A stretch of DNA of 64,000 nt from an uncultured Muribaculaceae bacterium (GTDB lineage: Bacteria > Bacillota_I > Bacilli_A > RF39 > UBA660): NCBI GenBank assembly GCA_964587565.1, contig CAZPLK010000001.1, forward strand, positions 701-64,700, in the 5' to 3' direction. Position 1 is the stretch's first letter, and every line of letters starts with the position of its first letter. The position numbers were made by a program, and so were the translations under genes. The notes below the pieces were generated by a model. It made no database searches. It was not told the DNA's origin and worked only from the letters and a program-made list of their open reading frames with translations. Shown piece by piece: positions 39,698 through 49,375 of the stretch.

Positions 39698-40876
39698 GTG
39701 AAAATATTAGCTATTAACGCTGGAAGTTCCTCTTTAAAATTTCAGCTATATAATATGCCAGAGGAAGAAGTATTAGTATCAGGTCTTTTTGAAAGAATCG
39801 GAATAGATAATAGTGCTTATACAATTAAAATTAATGGAGAAAAAATTAAAAATAAAGTTGTTTTAAATAATCATGAGGATGCAGTGAAATTTTTAATAGA
39901 AGAGTTAATGAATAATAACGTCGTTAATTCCCTAGACGAAATTGATGCTTTAGGACATCGTATTGTTCACGGTGGTGATAAGTATTCTGATTCGGTAATA
40001 ATTACAGATGAAGTATTAAAGGATATTGAAAGTTTTTATTCTTTAGCACCGCTTCATAACCCTGCAAATGTTTTGGGAGTAAAGGCATTTAAAAAATATA
40101 TACCAAATGCAATTGCAGTAGGCGTTTTTGATACAGCATTTCATCAAACGATGGAAGAAAAAGATTTTTTATACGGTGTGCCATATGAGTGGTACAGTAA
40201 GTACAAAGTAAGAAAGTATGGTTTTCATGGGACAAGCCATAAATTTTTATCGAATAGGATGAGTGAAATATTAAACAAAAAGGATTTGAAAATTATTACA
40301 TGTCATTTAGGTAATGGTGGAAGTTTATGTGCAATACAAAACGGTAAATGTATTGATACATCAATGGGTTTCACTCCTAATGCTGGTATTATAATGGGAA
40401 CAAGATCAGGGGATATTGATGTAACTATAATACCTTATATGATTGAACAAACCGGTAAAACACTTGATGAAATAATAGAAATACTAAATAAAGAAAGTGG
40501 ATTTTTAGGAATTTGCGGTATAAGTAGTGACTCTAGGGACGTGGAAGAAGGTATGTTAGATAATAACTACCGCTGTATACTAACACATCAAATGTTTATA
40601 AAAAGTGTCGTTGATTATATTGCCAGCTATTATGTTTTATTAGGGGGCGTTGATGCAATTTGTTTTTCAGCAGGAATTGGCGAAAACTCATCCCTTGTTA
40701 GAAAAGATATTTTAAATTCCTTAAGAGTTTTAGGAATAAATATTGATGAAACACAAAACAAAATACGAGGTAAAGAAGCAATAATTACTTCCTCAGATTC
40801 AAAAATACCTTGTTATGTTATACCAACAGACGAGGAATTAATGATTGTTAGAGATACTTATAAATTAATACAATAG
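39698..40876 (+). CDS. ackA: Acetate kinase
   Basis: 'ILAINAGSSSLKFQLY', 'HGTSH'. GTG start. Confidence 0.95.
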   Translation: MKILAINAGSSSLKFQLYNMPEEEVLVSGLFERIGIDNSAYTIKINGEKIKNKVVLNNHEDAVKFLIEELMNNNVVNSLDEIDALGHRIVHGGDKYSDSVIITDEVLKDIESFYSLAPLHNPANVLGVKAFKKYIPNAIAVGVFDTAFHQTMEEKDFLYGVPYEWYSKYKVRKYGFHGTSHKFLSNRMSEILNKKDLKIITCHLGNGGSLCAIQNGKCIDTSMGFTPNAGIIMGTRSGDIDVTIIPYMIEQTGKTLDEIIEILNKESGFLGICGISSDSRDVEEGMLDNNYRCILTHQMFIKSVVDYIASYYVLLGGVDAICFSAGIGENSSLVRKDILNSLRVLGINIDETQNKIRGKEAIITSSDSKIPCYVIPTDEELMIVRDTYKLIQ

Positions 40877-40889
40877 AAAGTGTGATAAA

Positions 40890-41852
40890 ATGAGTCGTAA
40901 AATGATCAGACAGATATATAGAAAAATAAAGCAATATGATAAAATTGTTATCGCACGTCATATTGGGCCCGATCCAGATGCTTTATCAAGTCAATTAGGT
41001 TTAAGAGATGCAATTTTAAAAACATTTCCTAATAAGGAAGTTTATGCGGTAGGAACACCAGCATCTAAGTTTAAATATTTAGGAACATTAGACCGATTTA
41101 AAGAAGAGATGTATAATAATTCACTTTTGATATTAGTTGACGTACCTGATAAGGCACGTGTGGATGGGGTGGATGTTGATAAATTTGATTATAAAATCAA
41201 AATAGATCATCACCCTCCAGTGGAGGAATTTTGTGATATAGAATGGGTAGATGATACCGCGAGCAGCGCAGCTCAAATGGTAATTGAACTAATATTAACA
41301 ACAAAACTAAAAATGACTAGGGATATAGCAGAAAAATTATTTATTGGTGTTGTTGCAGATACAAATCGTTTTTTATTTTATTATACAACACCTAAAACGT
41401 TTGACTTAATATCAAAATTAATAAAAAAGACTAAATTAGACTTTACCAATTTATATGATAATTTATATTTAAGACCTATTAAAGAATTGAAATTTCAAAG
41501 CTATATAATTGATCATATAACAATAACAGAAAATGGTTTAGGGTATATAAAGATAGAAGATCAAACATTAAAAGATTACGATATAGATGTTGCAACTGCT
41601 AGTAATATGGTAAATGATTTAAATTACATTGACGAAATGTTAGCATGGATTATTTTAACGGAAGATATTAATAATAAAAATATAAGAGGTTCGATTCGTT
41701 CAAGAGGTCCAATAATAAATGATGTAGCATCTAACTTCAATGGTGGAGGCCATATATACGCAAGTGGTGTAAGGCTTAAAACTATAGAAGAAGCCGATAT
41801 TCTTATAGATGAATTAGATAAAGAGTGTTTAAAGTACAAAGAAAAACAGTAA
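40890..41852 (+). CDS. nrnA: DHH-family phosphoesterase (NrnA-like nanoRNase/pAp phosphatase)
   Basis: 'IARHIGPDPDALSS', 'KIDHHP', DHHA1 'GGGH'. Confidence 0.75.
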   Translation: MSRKMIRQIYRKIKQYDKIVIARHIGPDPDALSSQLGLRDAILKTFPNKEVYAVGTPASKFKYLGTLDRFKEEMYNNSLLILVDVPDKARVDGVDVDKFDYKIKIDHHPPVEEFCDIEWVDDTASSAAQMVIELILTTKLKMTRDIAEKLFIGVVADTNRFLFYYTTPKTFDLISKLIKKTKLDFTNLYDNLYLRPIKELKFQSYIIDHITITENGLGYIKIEDQTLKDYDIDVATASNMVNDLNYIDEMLAWIILTEDINNKNIRGSIRSRGPIINDVASNFNGGGHIYASGVRLKTIEEADILIDELDKECLKYKEKQ

Positions 41853-41866
41853 AACTGTTTTTTTTA
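41843..41866. terminator. Bidirectional terminator
   Basis: Stem aaaacag / ctgtttt followed by a T8 run. Confidence 0.5.
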
Positions 41867-42247
41867 TGGCATTAAAAATGTTTCTTCTTCTATTGTTTCA
41901 CTCGGTAAAAATGTTGGTAGTAAAGCAATAACAATAGCTGATACAAATTGTAACTCATTAATAATTAAATTAATAAAAGAAGATTTTAAAGCGTTAATAT
42001 CGTTTGATTCTTTTCTTAAACTATATTCATTATAGCTGTTATAAACATATAAAAGGGAAACAATAACTAACAAAAAGCTAATTATATTACTCATTTTATT
42101 AGCTTCTTCTTTAGTAAAAATTGGTTTTTTCTTTTCTAATATAAGCAGTTCGTTATAAGAAAGAAGGATTAAAATTATTATTAGAAAAATGAAAATAATA
42201 GATGTTATTATATTCATCTTTCTTAAATTTATTTTTTTATTCATCAT
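41864..42247 (-). CDS. Small hypothetical membrane protein
   Basis: Two or three TM segments. Start trimmed to ATG 42247 (RBS 'aaaggt') to remove the overlap with the divergent gene. Confidence 0.35.
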   Translation of the reverse strand: MMNKKINLRKMNIITSIIFIFLIIILILLSYNELLILEKKKPIFTKEEANKMSNIISFLLVIVSLLYVYNSYNEYSLRKESNDINALKSSFINLIINELQFVSAIVIALLPTFLPSETIEEETFLMP

Positions 42248-42342
42248 AACAGTACCTTTATAAATTATATAATAAATAAAATAAATAATGACAATGTATA
42301 ATACTTTTAGAAAAAAACATAATAAAAGTAAGGAGGATATTA

Positions 42343-42891
42343 ATGAAAAAAACATTTTATGTATTTATATTATTAACTTTATTTACCGCTGCTTGTTCTG
42401 TAAAAGAAATGGCTAATACCCCAATAAAACAAACGGAAATATTTCTTAACAAATACCAAACATTAGATCAAAATGTTCTTGATGATTTAAATCGTGTTGT
42501 CGCTAAAGAAACTCAATTTAATACTGAACAAAGAGAAAGGTATAAAGATATTATGAAAAACCATTATCGGAATCTAGTTTACACAATAAAAGATGAAGAA
42601 ATAAATGGAGACAGAGCAGTCGTTACAGTAGAAATAGAAGTGATTGATTATTCCACGCATTTGCGCGAATCGGAAATATACTTAGCTGAAAATCCAGATG
42701 AATTTCAAAATGAGTTTGGAGAATATGATATTATAAAATATTCAGATTACAGATTAAAAAGATTAAAAGAAGCAAAAGATAAGGTAAAATATACGTTAGA
42801 TATTAATTTAACTAAAGATGATGATAACTGGAATGTTGAACAAATTAGTACAATTGATGAAGAGAAGATTCATGGCATATACGTTTATTAA
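42343..42891 (+). CDS. Hypothetical lipoprotein
   Basis: Lipobox 'LLTLFTAAC'; RBS 'aaggagg'. Confidence 0.5.
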   Translation: MKKTFYVFILLTLFTAACSVKEMANTPIKQTEIFLNKYQTLDQNVLDDLNRVVAKETQFNTEQRERYKDIMKNHYRNLVYTIKDEEINGDRAVVTVEIEVIDYSTHLRESEIYLAENPDEFQNEFGEYDIIKYSDYRLKRLKEAKDKVKYTLDINLTKDDDNWNVEQISTIDEEKIHGIYVY

Positions 42892-42894
42892 TTA

Positions 42895-42928
42895 AAACAT
42901 TAAGACAAACAAACTTAATGTTTTTTTA
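42895..42928 (+). terminator. Rho-independent terminator
   Basis: 10-bp stem aaacattaag / cttaatgttt followed by a T7 run. Confidence 0.65.
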
Positions 42929-42973
42929 TATTCTAAAATTAAGTTGTCCTCATATTATTAAATAGGTGATTGT

Positions 42974-44041
42974 GTGAAAAAAATAATATTTGTATTATTA
43001 ATATTTTTAATGTTACCGTGTAAAACAATGGCCTTTAGTACAAGTGCTGAATGTGCTATATTAATGGATCAAAATAGTAAAAGAGTACTTTATGAAAAAA
43101 ACATTCATAAAGTAAAGAGTGTGGCAAGTATTAGTAAAATAATGACAGCAATTTTGGCCATTGAAAGTGGTAAAACAAATGATATTGTATTAGTAGATGA
43201 GGAAGTTCTAAAAGCATACGGCTCTGCAATTTACATAAAACCAGGAGAAAATATTTTATTGTTGGATTTAGTTTATGGTTTAATGTTAAGGAGTGGAAAT
43301 GACGCTGCTTTAACAATCGCTAAATATGTATCTGGTAATGTTGAGAAGTTTATTACCTTAATGAATGAAAAAGCTAAAGAGATTGGAATGAAAAATACAA
43401 CATTTAATAACCCAAGTGGATTAGATAATGAAACGGGTAATTATTCAACTGTATATGATATGGCCATTTTAACAAGTTATGCAATGCAAAATGATATTTA
43501 TAAAAGAGTAACATCAACAAAAAAACATATTGTTAAAACTAATATGAATGTATATGAGTGGTTTAATAAAAACAAATTATTAAATTTATATAAATATACA
43601 ACAGGGGGAAAAACAGGTTTTACTGAAAAAGCAAAAAGAACATTAGTTACTACCGCAACTAAAAACAACTTAAACTTGGTAGTTGTTACATTAAATGATG
43701 GGAATGATTTTTACGATCATCAAAAATTATATGAAAACGCATTTAATGAATACAAAAATTACGAAATACTTAAAGGTAGTCGTATAGATATAATAAACGA
43801 AAATTATTACAACACAACATTTTACTTAAAAAATAATTTCCATTACCCGATGTTCAAAAATGAAATAAACAATATATATTTAAAAATACAACTAGAAAAA
43901 AAACGCAAATATAATAATGGTGAAAAAGTAGGTGTCGTGAAAGTTGTATTAGGAGATACCGAAATTTATAAAGATGATATTTTTGTAAGTAAAATAAAAA
44001 TTAAAAAAACTTTTTGGGGATGGTTGAAGAACTTATGGTAA
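42974..44041 (+). CDS. dacB: D-alanyl-D-alanine carboxypeptidase (sporulation-specific PBP, peptidase S11)
   Basis: 'SISKIMT' (SxxK), 'LRSGND' (SxN), 'GKTGFT' (KTG). GTG start. Followed by spmA-spmB as in Bacillus. Confidence 0.85.
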   Translation: MKKIIFVLLIFLMLPCKTMAFSTSAECAILMDQNSKRVLYEKNIHKVKSVASISKIMTAILAIESGKTNDIVLVDEEVLKAYGSAIYIKPGENILLLDLVYGLMLRSGNDAALTIAKYVSGNVEKFITLMNEKAKEIGMKNTTFNNPSGLDNETGNYSTVYDMAILTSYAMQNDIYKRVTSTKKHIVKTNMNVYEWFNKNKLLNLYKYTTGGKTGFTEKAKRTLVTTATKNNLNLVVVTLNDGNDFYDHQKLYENAFNEYKNYEILKGSRIDIINENYYNTTFYLKNNFHYPMFKNEINNIYLKIQLEKKRKYNNGEKVGVVKVVLGDTEIYKDDIFVSKIKIKKTFWGWLKNLW

Positions 44042-44619
44042 ATAAAATTTGGAGTTTTTTTATAATTACGGGATTAGTATATGCTTTATTAACTGGACAA
44101 ATTGAATTAATAAACAAAATAATATTAGAAAGTACAAGTTCAAGTTTTGAGCTTGCATTACAAATTTTTCCGGTAATTGCGCTTTGGTTAGGGATTATGA
44201 ATATTGCATCAGTAGCAGGTTTATTAAAAAGAATATCAGAAATTATTTCTCCCTATTTAGGCAAATTATTCCCTGGAATACCAAAGGGTCATGAGGCACT
44301 TAGTTTAATAGCTTCAAATATAGTTATAAACATGTTTGGTTTAGGTAACGCAGCAACGCCTTTCGGTTTAAAGGCAATGCAATCATTACAAGAATTAAAT
44401 GATAATAAAGAAGTAGCCAGTGATAGTATGGTTACCTTTTTAATAATCAATACAGGAGGAGTTACGCTAATACCTACTACTGTTATATCAATGCGCATGA
44501 TGTATGATAGTAAAAGCCCAACTGAAATTGTCATGGCTTGTATTATTGCTACATTAATATCTTTAGTATCTGGAATAATTATCGATTACATTATTAGAAA
44601 GAGGAAGAAAAATGCTTAA
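44035..44619 (+). CDS. spmA: Spore maturation protein A
   Basis: 'GLGNAATPFGLKAMQSLQELN' matches B. subtilis SpmA 'GLGNAATPFGLKAMQELQKLN' almost exactly. Start uncertain (44014, 44020 or 44035). Confidence 0.85.
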   Translation: MVNKIWSFFIITGLVYALLTGQIELINKIILESTSSSFELALQIFPVIALWLGIMNIASVAGLLKRISEIISPYLGKLFPGIPKGHEALSLIASNIVINMFGLGNAATPFGLKAMQSLQELNDNKEVASDSMVTFLIINTGGVTLIPTTVISMRMMYDSKSPTEIVMACIIATLISLVSGIIIDYIIRKRKKNA

Positions 44620-45139
44620 TTTTATATCTGAATTAATGATTCCTTTGTTGGTATTGTTTATTGTTGTATATGGGATACTAAAAAAAATAAATATATATGA
44701 TGCTTTTGTTGATGGATCAACCGAAAGCTTTCAAATGATATTAACAATTTTTCCGTGTATTCTCGCAATGATTTTTGGAATAAACATCTTTATCCAAAGT
44801 GGGTTATTAACCGGTATCCTAAATTTAATTAGACCAATATTACTAAAAATAAAAGTTCCTGTTGAAATAATACCAATGGCTTTAATTAGACCAGTTTCTG
44901 GTAATGCTACATTAGCGATTTTAAATAATTTACTAAAAGAATATGGCCCAGATAGTTTAATAGGGAGAATAGGATCAGTTTTACAAGGTTCAACCGAAAC
45001 AACATTTTATGTTTTAACTTTATATTTTGGCAGTGTTGGAATAAAAAAAATCAAACATGCAATGTGGACAGGATTAATAGTCGACTTAATAGGAATAATA
45101 TCTAGTATCACTATTGTCCTATTGTTTTTTGGTCACTAA
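44612..45139 (+). CDS. spmB: Spore maturation protein B
   Basis: 'LIRPVSGNATLAI...YGPDSLIGRIGSVLQGSTETTFYVLTLYFGSVGIKK' matches B. subtilis SpmB. Confidence 0.85.
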   Translation: MLNFISELMIPLLVLFIVVYGILKKINIYDAFVDGSTESFQMILTIFPCILAMIFGINIFIQSGLLTGILNLIRPILLKIKVPVEIIPMALIRPVSGNATLAILNNLLKEYGPDSLIGRIGSVLQGSTETTFYVLTLYFGSVGIKKIKHAMWTGLIVDLIGIISSITIVLLFFGH

Positions 45140-45155
45140 ATATGTATAATATAAA

Positions 45156-45887
45156 TTGGGTGATTTGGTGGAAAGAATACAAAAAGTAATAGCTAATTAT
45201 GGTTATTGCTCAAGAAGAAAAGCAGAAGAGTTATTACTTGCGGGAAAAGTTAAGGTTAATGGGCGAGTAGTTACCAAATTAGGGCTTAAAGTAAGTGCTA
45301 AAGATAAAATAGAAGTAAATGGAATTCCTATTAAAAAACAGGAAAAAGAATATATAATATTAAATAAGCCAAGGGGTGTTATAACCTCAACTAATGATAA
45401 TAAAAACAGAACAACAGTTACAGACATAGTTAATAGTGATAAAAGAATTTATCCAGTAGGGCGTTTAGATTACGAAACTACTGGTTTGTTAATTTTAACA
45501 AACGATGGTGAATTGGCGAATTTATTAATGCATCCTAAAAATGAAGTGCCAAAAACTTATATTGCAAAAATTGAAGGTATATTATCAAAAGAAGGTATAA
45601 AAAAGCTTGAAAAAGGGATAATAATTGATAAGTTTAAAACTTCACCTTCAAAAATAAAAGTTCGCAAAATAAACAGGAGAAAAAATACATCTATTGTTGA
45701 AATAACTATTCACGAAGGAAGAAATCATCAAGTTAAGAAAATGTTTTTATCAGTTGGTCATAAAGTTTTAAAATTAAAACGTGAAAGAATTTCTTTTTTA
45801 ACTTTACAAGGATTAAATTCAGGTGAATATAGGCATTTATCAAATAAAGAAGTGAGATTGTTATATAATGAAATTACTAAAAAGTGA
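45156..45887 (+). CDS. rluB: 23S rRNA pseudouridine synthase (RsuA/RluB family)
   Basis: S4 domain 'RIQKVIANYGYCSRRKAEELLLAGKVKVNG'; catalytic 'GRLDYETTGLLILTNDG'. Confidence 0.85.
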   Translation: MGDLVERIQKVIANYGYCSRRKAEELLLAGKVKVNGRVVTKLGLKVSAKDKIEVNGIPIKKQEKEYIILNKPRGVITSTNDNKNRTTVTDIVNSDKRIYPVGRLDYETTGLLILTNDGELANLLMHPKNEVPKTYIAKIEGILSKEGIKKLEKGIIIDKFKTSPSKIKVRKINRRKNTSIVEITIHEGRNHQVKKMFLSVGHKVLKLKRERISFLTLQGLNSGEYRHLSNKEVRLLYNEITKK

Positions 45888-47125
45888 GTGATGCAATGGG
45901 AGAATATATCGATAAATTGACCGGATTATATAATTTGTTTTACTTAAAGGATAATTATAACAATTATTTAATAAACGATTCAGTAGCGTATTTAATCTCT
46001 ATTGATTTTACAAAATTAAAATATATAAATGATAACTACGGTCATAGTTTAGGAGATTTAATTATCAAATTATTCGCCAATATAACTACGGATATATTTA
46101 AAGAATCATTAGTTGTAAGACGTAGTGGGGATGAATTTGTAATTTTCAGTCCACTAACCAAACAACAAATAATTATTAATCTTGAACAAATAATTAAAGA
46201 AATAAAAAAAGCATATGATAAAAAAATTATACCAATTGAGTTTAGTTTCAATTCAGGAATAAAAATGTGTGAAAGTGATTTTGATGAGACTTTGTTTAAG
46301 TCTGATATTACTATGTATGAAGCAAAAAGAAACAACAAATTATACGAAATTTATACATGCGAGATTTTATATAATTTAGAAAAACAAATTAATTTTATTG
46401 AAAATATTGATAAAGCGGTTAAAGAAGATATGTTACAACATAGTTATCAAAAAATTTATGATATAAATGGAAAAAGTAGTAAAATTACACAAATATATAC
46501 AAGAGATAATCATGGTAATTCGATTTTCACAAATAAAAAAATGAACACTTTAAAAACAAATTATAGATTAGGATTAATTGATTTATATAATGTTCAAAAG
46601 GCATTTGATGAATTACCAACAAATTCAAGTAGTGATTATTATATGATTAATATATTTTACTCTTCCTTATTTTCAACTGAATGTAATATTATAAACTATT
46701 TACAAAAATTAAAAGATACAGATTCGTATAATTTAAAAAACATAATAATAAGCATTAACGTTAATGGGAATAACAGACCAATTAATAAATTAGTTAATAA
46801 AATCGAAGAATTAAAAAACATTGGAGTAAAAATTTGTATTGACAATTTAAATTTTTCTAAATGTGATTCAGTTATTCCTTTAATTTCTACTACGGATATT
46901 AATTATGTTAATATTGATAAAAAGTTTTTAGTTAAAGCAATGAATGAAAAAAAATATAAAATTGTGTTAGAAACATTAACATCATTGTTTATAAAATTAA
47001 ATATCACACCTATATTTATCAATATTGATAACGAAAGTGAACTGAAATTTATAAAAAACATTAATAATAAAAGTTTAATTAGAGGGTATATATATTCAAG
47101 TGAACAATTAAAAAACAGTGCTTAA
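45884..47125 (+). CDS. Degenerate GGDEF-EAL domain protein (probable c-di-GMP receptor or regulator rather than an enzyme)
   Basis: 'LTGLYNLFYL...ISIDFTKLKYINDNYGHSLGDLIIK...RRSGDEFVI' is a GGDEF fold with SGDEF in place of GG[DE]EF. The C-terminus 'ICIDNLNFS...DINYVNIDKKFLV' is EAL-like with the DDFGTG box degenerated. Confidence 0.6.
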   Translation: MSDAMGEYIDKLTGLYNLFYLKDNYNNYLINDSVAYLISIDFTKLKYINDNYGHSLGDLIIKLFANITTDIFKESLVVRRSGDEFVIFSPLTKQQIIINLEQIIKEIKKAYDKKIIPIEFSFNSGIKMCESDFDETLFKSDITMYEAKRNNKLYEIYTCEILYNLEKQINFIENIDKAVKEDMLQHSYQKIYDINGKSSKITQIYTRDNHGNSIFTNKKMNTLKTNYRLGLIDLYNVQKAFDELPTNSSSDYYMINIFYSSLFSTECNIINYLQKLKDTDSYNLKNIIISINVNGNNRPINKLVNKIEELKNIGVKICIDNLNFSKCDSVIPLISTTDINYVNIDKKFLVKAMNEKKYKIVLETLTSLFIKLNITPIFINIDNESELKFIKNINNKSLIRGYIYSSEQLKNSA

Positions 47126-47136
47126 AAAGCTCTGTT

Positions 47137-47325
47137 TTATTCAACCCATTCAATTGCATCTGTTGGGCATGTATCAATCGCTTCTTGAACAAGTTCAACT
47201 TGATCATTATCCACATTATCTACAATTACTTTAGCAATATCTTCAACAACAAACACATCACTAATAATTGCTTCACAGACCCCACATGCAATACAATTTT
47301 CATCAATAATTTTAACTTTTTTCAT
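47137..47325 (-). CDS. 4Fe-4S ferredoxin
   Basis: 'CIACGVCEAI' and 'DTCPTDAI'. Start at 47325 (RBS 'aggagga'); track start 47391 rejected. Confidence 0.85.
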   Translation of the reverse strand: MKKVKIIDENCIACGVCEAIISDVFVVEDIAKVIVDNVDNDQVELVQEAIDTCPTDAIEWVE

Positions 47326-47428
47326 AAATCCTCCTAAAAACATTATAGTTAAAAAACAACTAAAATGCAATATCATGTTCAAAAAACTCATAAATTATGA
47401 TATTATAGTAATAGGTTGAGGTGTTATT

Positions 47429-48217
47429 ATGAGTAGCAGAATGGAAAGGTATTACAAAACTAACAATCGGGTGAAAAGTCGTGCTATTAAAAATGCCGAT
47501 TTATATAAAACAATTTACGATGTTGGTGAATATACTAATATTGAAGGCATTGCCAGTATAGAAAAAACAAATCAAATTGATTTAGAACAAATAAGGCAAT
47601 TATTAAAAAGTGTAGAGCCGAAAGAAAACACACAAACACGTGAAACACCAACTTATTCAAAGGAATCTGCTAAGAAATTTACGACCTCTATTATTGATAA
47701 TGAAGAAAAAAGTTATGATATTAGAGATGTTTTAAACAAAGCTAAAACAGAACGCGGTGAAACTAATAATGATTATCGCCAGTTAGATAATACTCAACAT
47801 AACATTTTAAAGAAAATTAAAATAGATGAGCCAATTGAAGAACAAGAATTAAAAGAATTGATACATACTATTACAAATACAAGTATGTTAAATAAAATGG
47901 AAGATCGTGAATTAAGTTTAAACTTACTTTCTTCATTACAATCTAGTGAACACACAATGGCTAATGAATCTAAAATGATTGAAGAAAATAAAAACAAATA
48001 TGCAACAAGTAAGTGCGATACATTAATAGATGAAATAGATAAATCATTTTTTACATCAAGCATGAACTTTAGTGAAGAAGATTTTGAAGATTTAGAAGAT
48101 ATTAAGAAAAATTTAAAACAAAACAACATATTAATAAAAATTCTTACATTTATATTAATTGCAGTTGTGGTTTCGGTTATACTTTACATAGCCTATAATT
48201 TTTATCAGCCAAATTAG
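47429..48217 (+). CDS. Hypothetical protein with a C-terminal TM anchor
   Basis: Charged N-terminal 230 aa; single C-terminal TM 'ILIKILTFILIAVVVSVILYIAY'. Confidence 0.35.
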   Translation: MSSRMERYYKTNNRVKSRAIKNADLYKTIYDVGEYTNIEGIASIEKTNQIDLEQIRQLLKSVEPKENTQTRETPTYSKESAKKFTTSIIDNEEKSYDIRDVLNKAKTERGETNNDYRQLDNTQHNILKKIKIDEPIEEQELKELIHTITNTSMLNKMEDRELSLNLLSSLQSSEHTMANESKMIEENKNKYATSKCDTLIDEIDKSFFTSSMNFSEEDFEDLEDIKKNLKQNNILIKILTFILIAVVVSVILYIAYNFYQPN

Positions 48218-48307
48218 AACGAAATATGTTCTTTTTTTGTACATTTTAAAGCATTATATTAATTGAAAAAAGATTATAAATAAGTTATAATAGTTTTCGA
48301 GGTTGTA

Positions 48308-49375
48308 ATGATGAGTGTAATTGTTGATGTCAAAGATAAAATGAATTTAGGCGTTGCTAATGGAGTTTTTCCTGGAGCAACATACGCAATAATATATAAA
48401 AATAATATTATAATGGATGCTGTAGGTAATAAATCGTTGTACCCAGTAAAAGAAATAAATTGTATTAATACAGTTTATGATACTGCGTCACTAACTAAGG
48501 TAATTGTTACCAATTTTTTAATTGGTAAATTAATTGAAGAAAACCAAATTAATTTAAAAGATGCTGTGCAAAAATACTTGCCTGAAATAAAACATAACGA
48601 TATTACAATAGAAGACTTATTATTACACGCTTCTGGACTACCTGCTAATGTTAGTTGGTGGCATATTAATAAAAAAGAAGAATATTTAAATTTAATATTA
48701 AACATAAATAAACAAACGAAAAGAAAAACAAAGGCAATTTATTCGGATATAGGGTTTATAATGTTGGGTGTAATTATAGAAAAAATTACAAATAAACAAT
48801 TGGACCAGCTAGCTCAAGAAATGATCTTCGATGTTTTAAACATGAAAAATACATCTTTTAACCCCAAAAACACAGAGAGTTGTGCCCCAACAGAATTAGA
48901 AAACAATACTTATATAAAAGGAATAGTTCATGATAAAAAAGCAAGATTATTTAACGGGGTGTCAGGACATGCTGGGATGTTTAGTACTATTAGTGATATA
49001 ACTAATTTTGCACAAATGATTTTAAACGATGGCTTTTATAATAATAAAAAAATAATTTCAAAAGATATTTTAGAAACGTGGTATAAACCAAGAATAAAGG
49101 ATGATAAAGATAGATATAGAACAATAGGATGGATAGAAGGGAAAAATAGTGGACTTTGTGATAGTATTTCATCAAAATCCATTTATCACCAAGGCTTCAC
49201 GGGTAGTCGTTTCTTGATTGATAAAAAAAGTGATTTGGCAATTATTGTACTATCTAATCGTATTCATCCTACTAGAGATAACGATAAATTTGGTCCATTT
49301 TGGGCCGAGTTTGTACAATTAGTATATAATAATATTAAAAACAGTGGTAAGGAGAAATATGAAAAATTTAATTGA
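48308..49375 (+). CDS. Serine hydrolase of the beta-lactamase/PBP (class C-like) fold
   Basis: 'DTASLTKV' SxxK, 'YSD', 'HQGFTGS' (K/HTG-like). Confidence 0.7.
   Translation: MMSVIVDVKDKMNLGVANGVFPGATYAIIYKNNIIMDAVGNKSLYPVKEINCINTVYDTASLTKVIVTNFLIGKLIEENQINLKDAVQKYLPEIKHNDITIEDLLLHASGLPANVSWWHINKKEEYLNLILNINKQTKRKTKAIYSDIGFIMLGVIIEKITNKQLDQLAQEMIFDVLNMKNTSFNPKNTESCAPTELENNTYIKGIVHDKKARLFNGVSGHAGMFSTISDITNFAQMILNDGFYNNKKIISKDILETWYKPRIKDDKDRYRTIGWIEGKNSGLCDSISSKSIYHQGFTGSRFLIDKKSDLAIIVLSNRIHPTRDNDKFGPFWAEFVQLVYNNIKNSGKEKYEKFN

Noticed and set aside
41864-42355. 13-nt head-to-head overlap between the minus gene 41864-42355 and the plus gene 42343-42891
   Set aside because: Resolved by using the internal ATG at 42247 (with RBS) for the minus-strand membrane protein; no real overlap is required.
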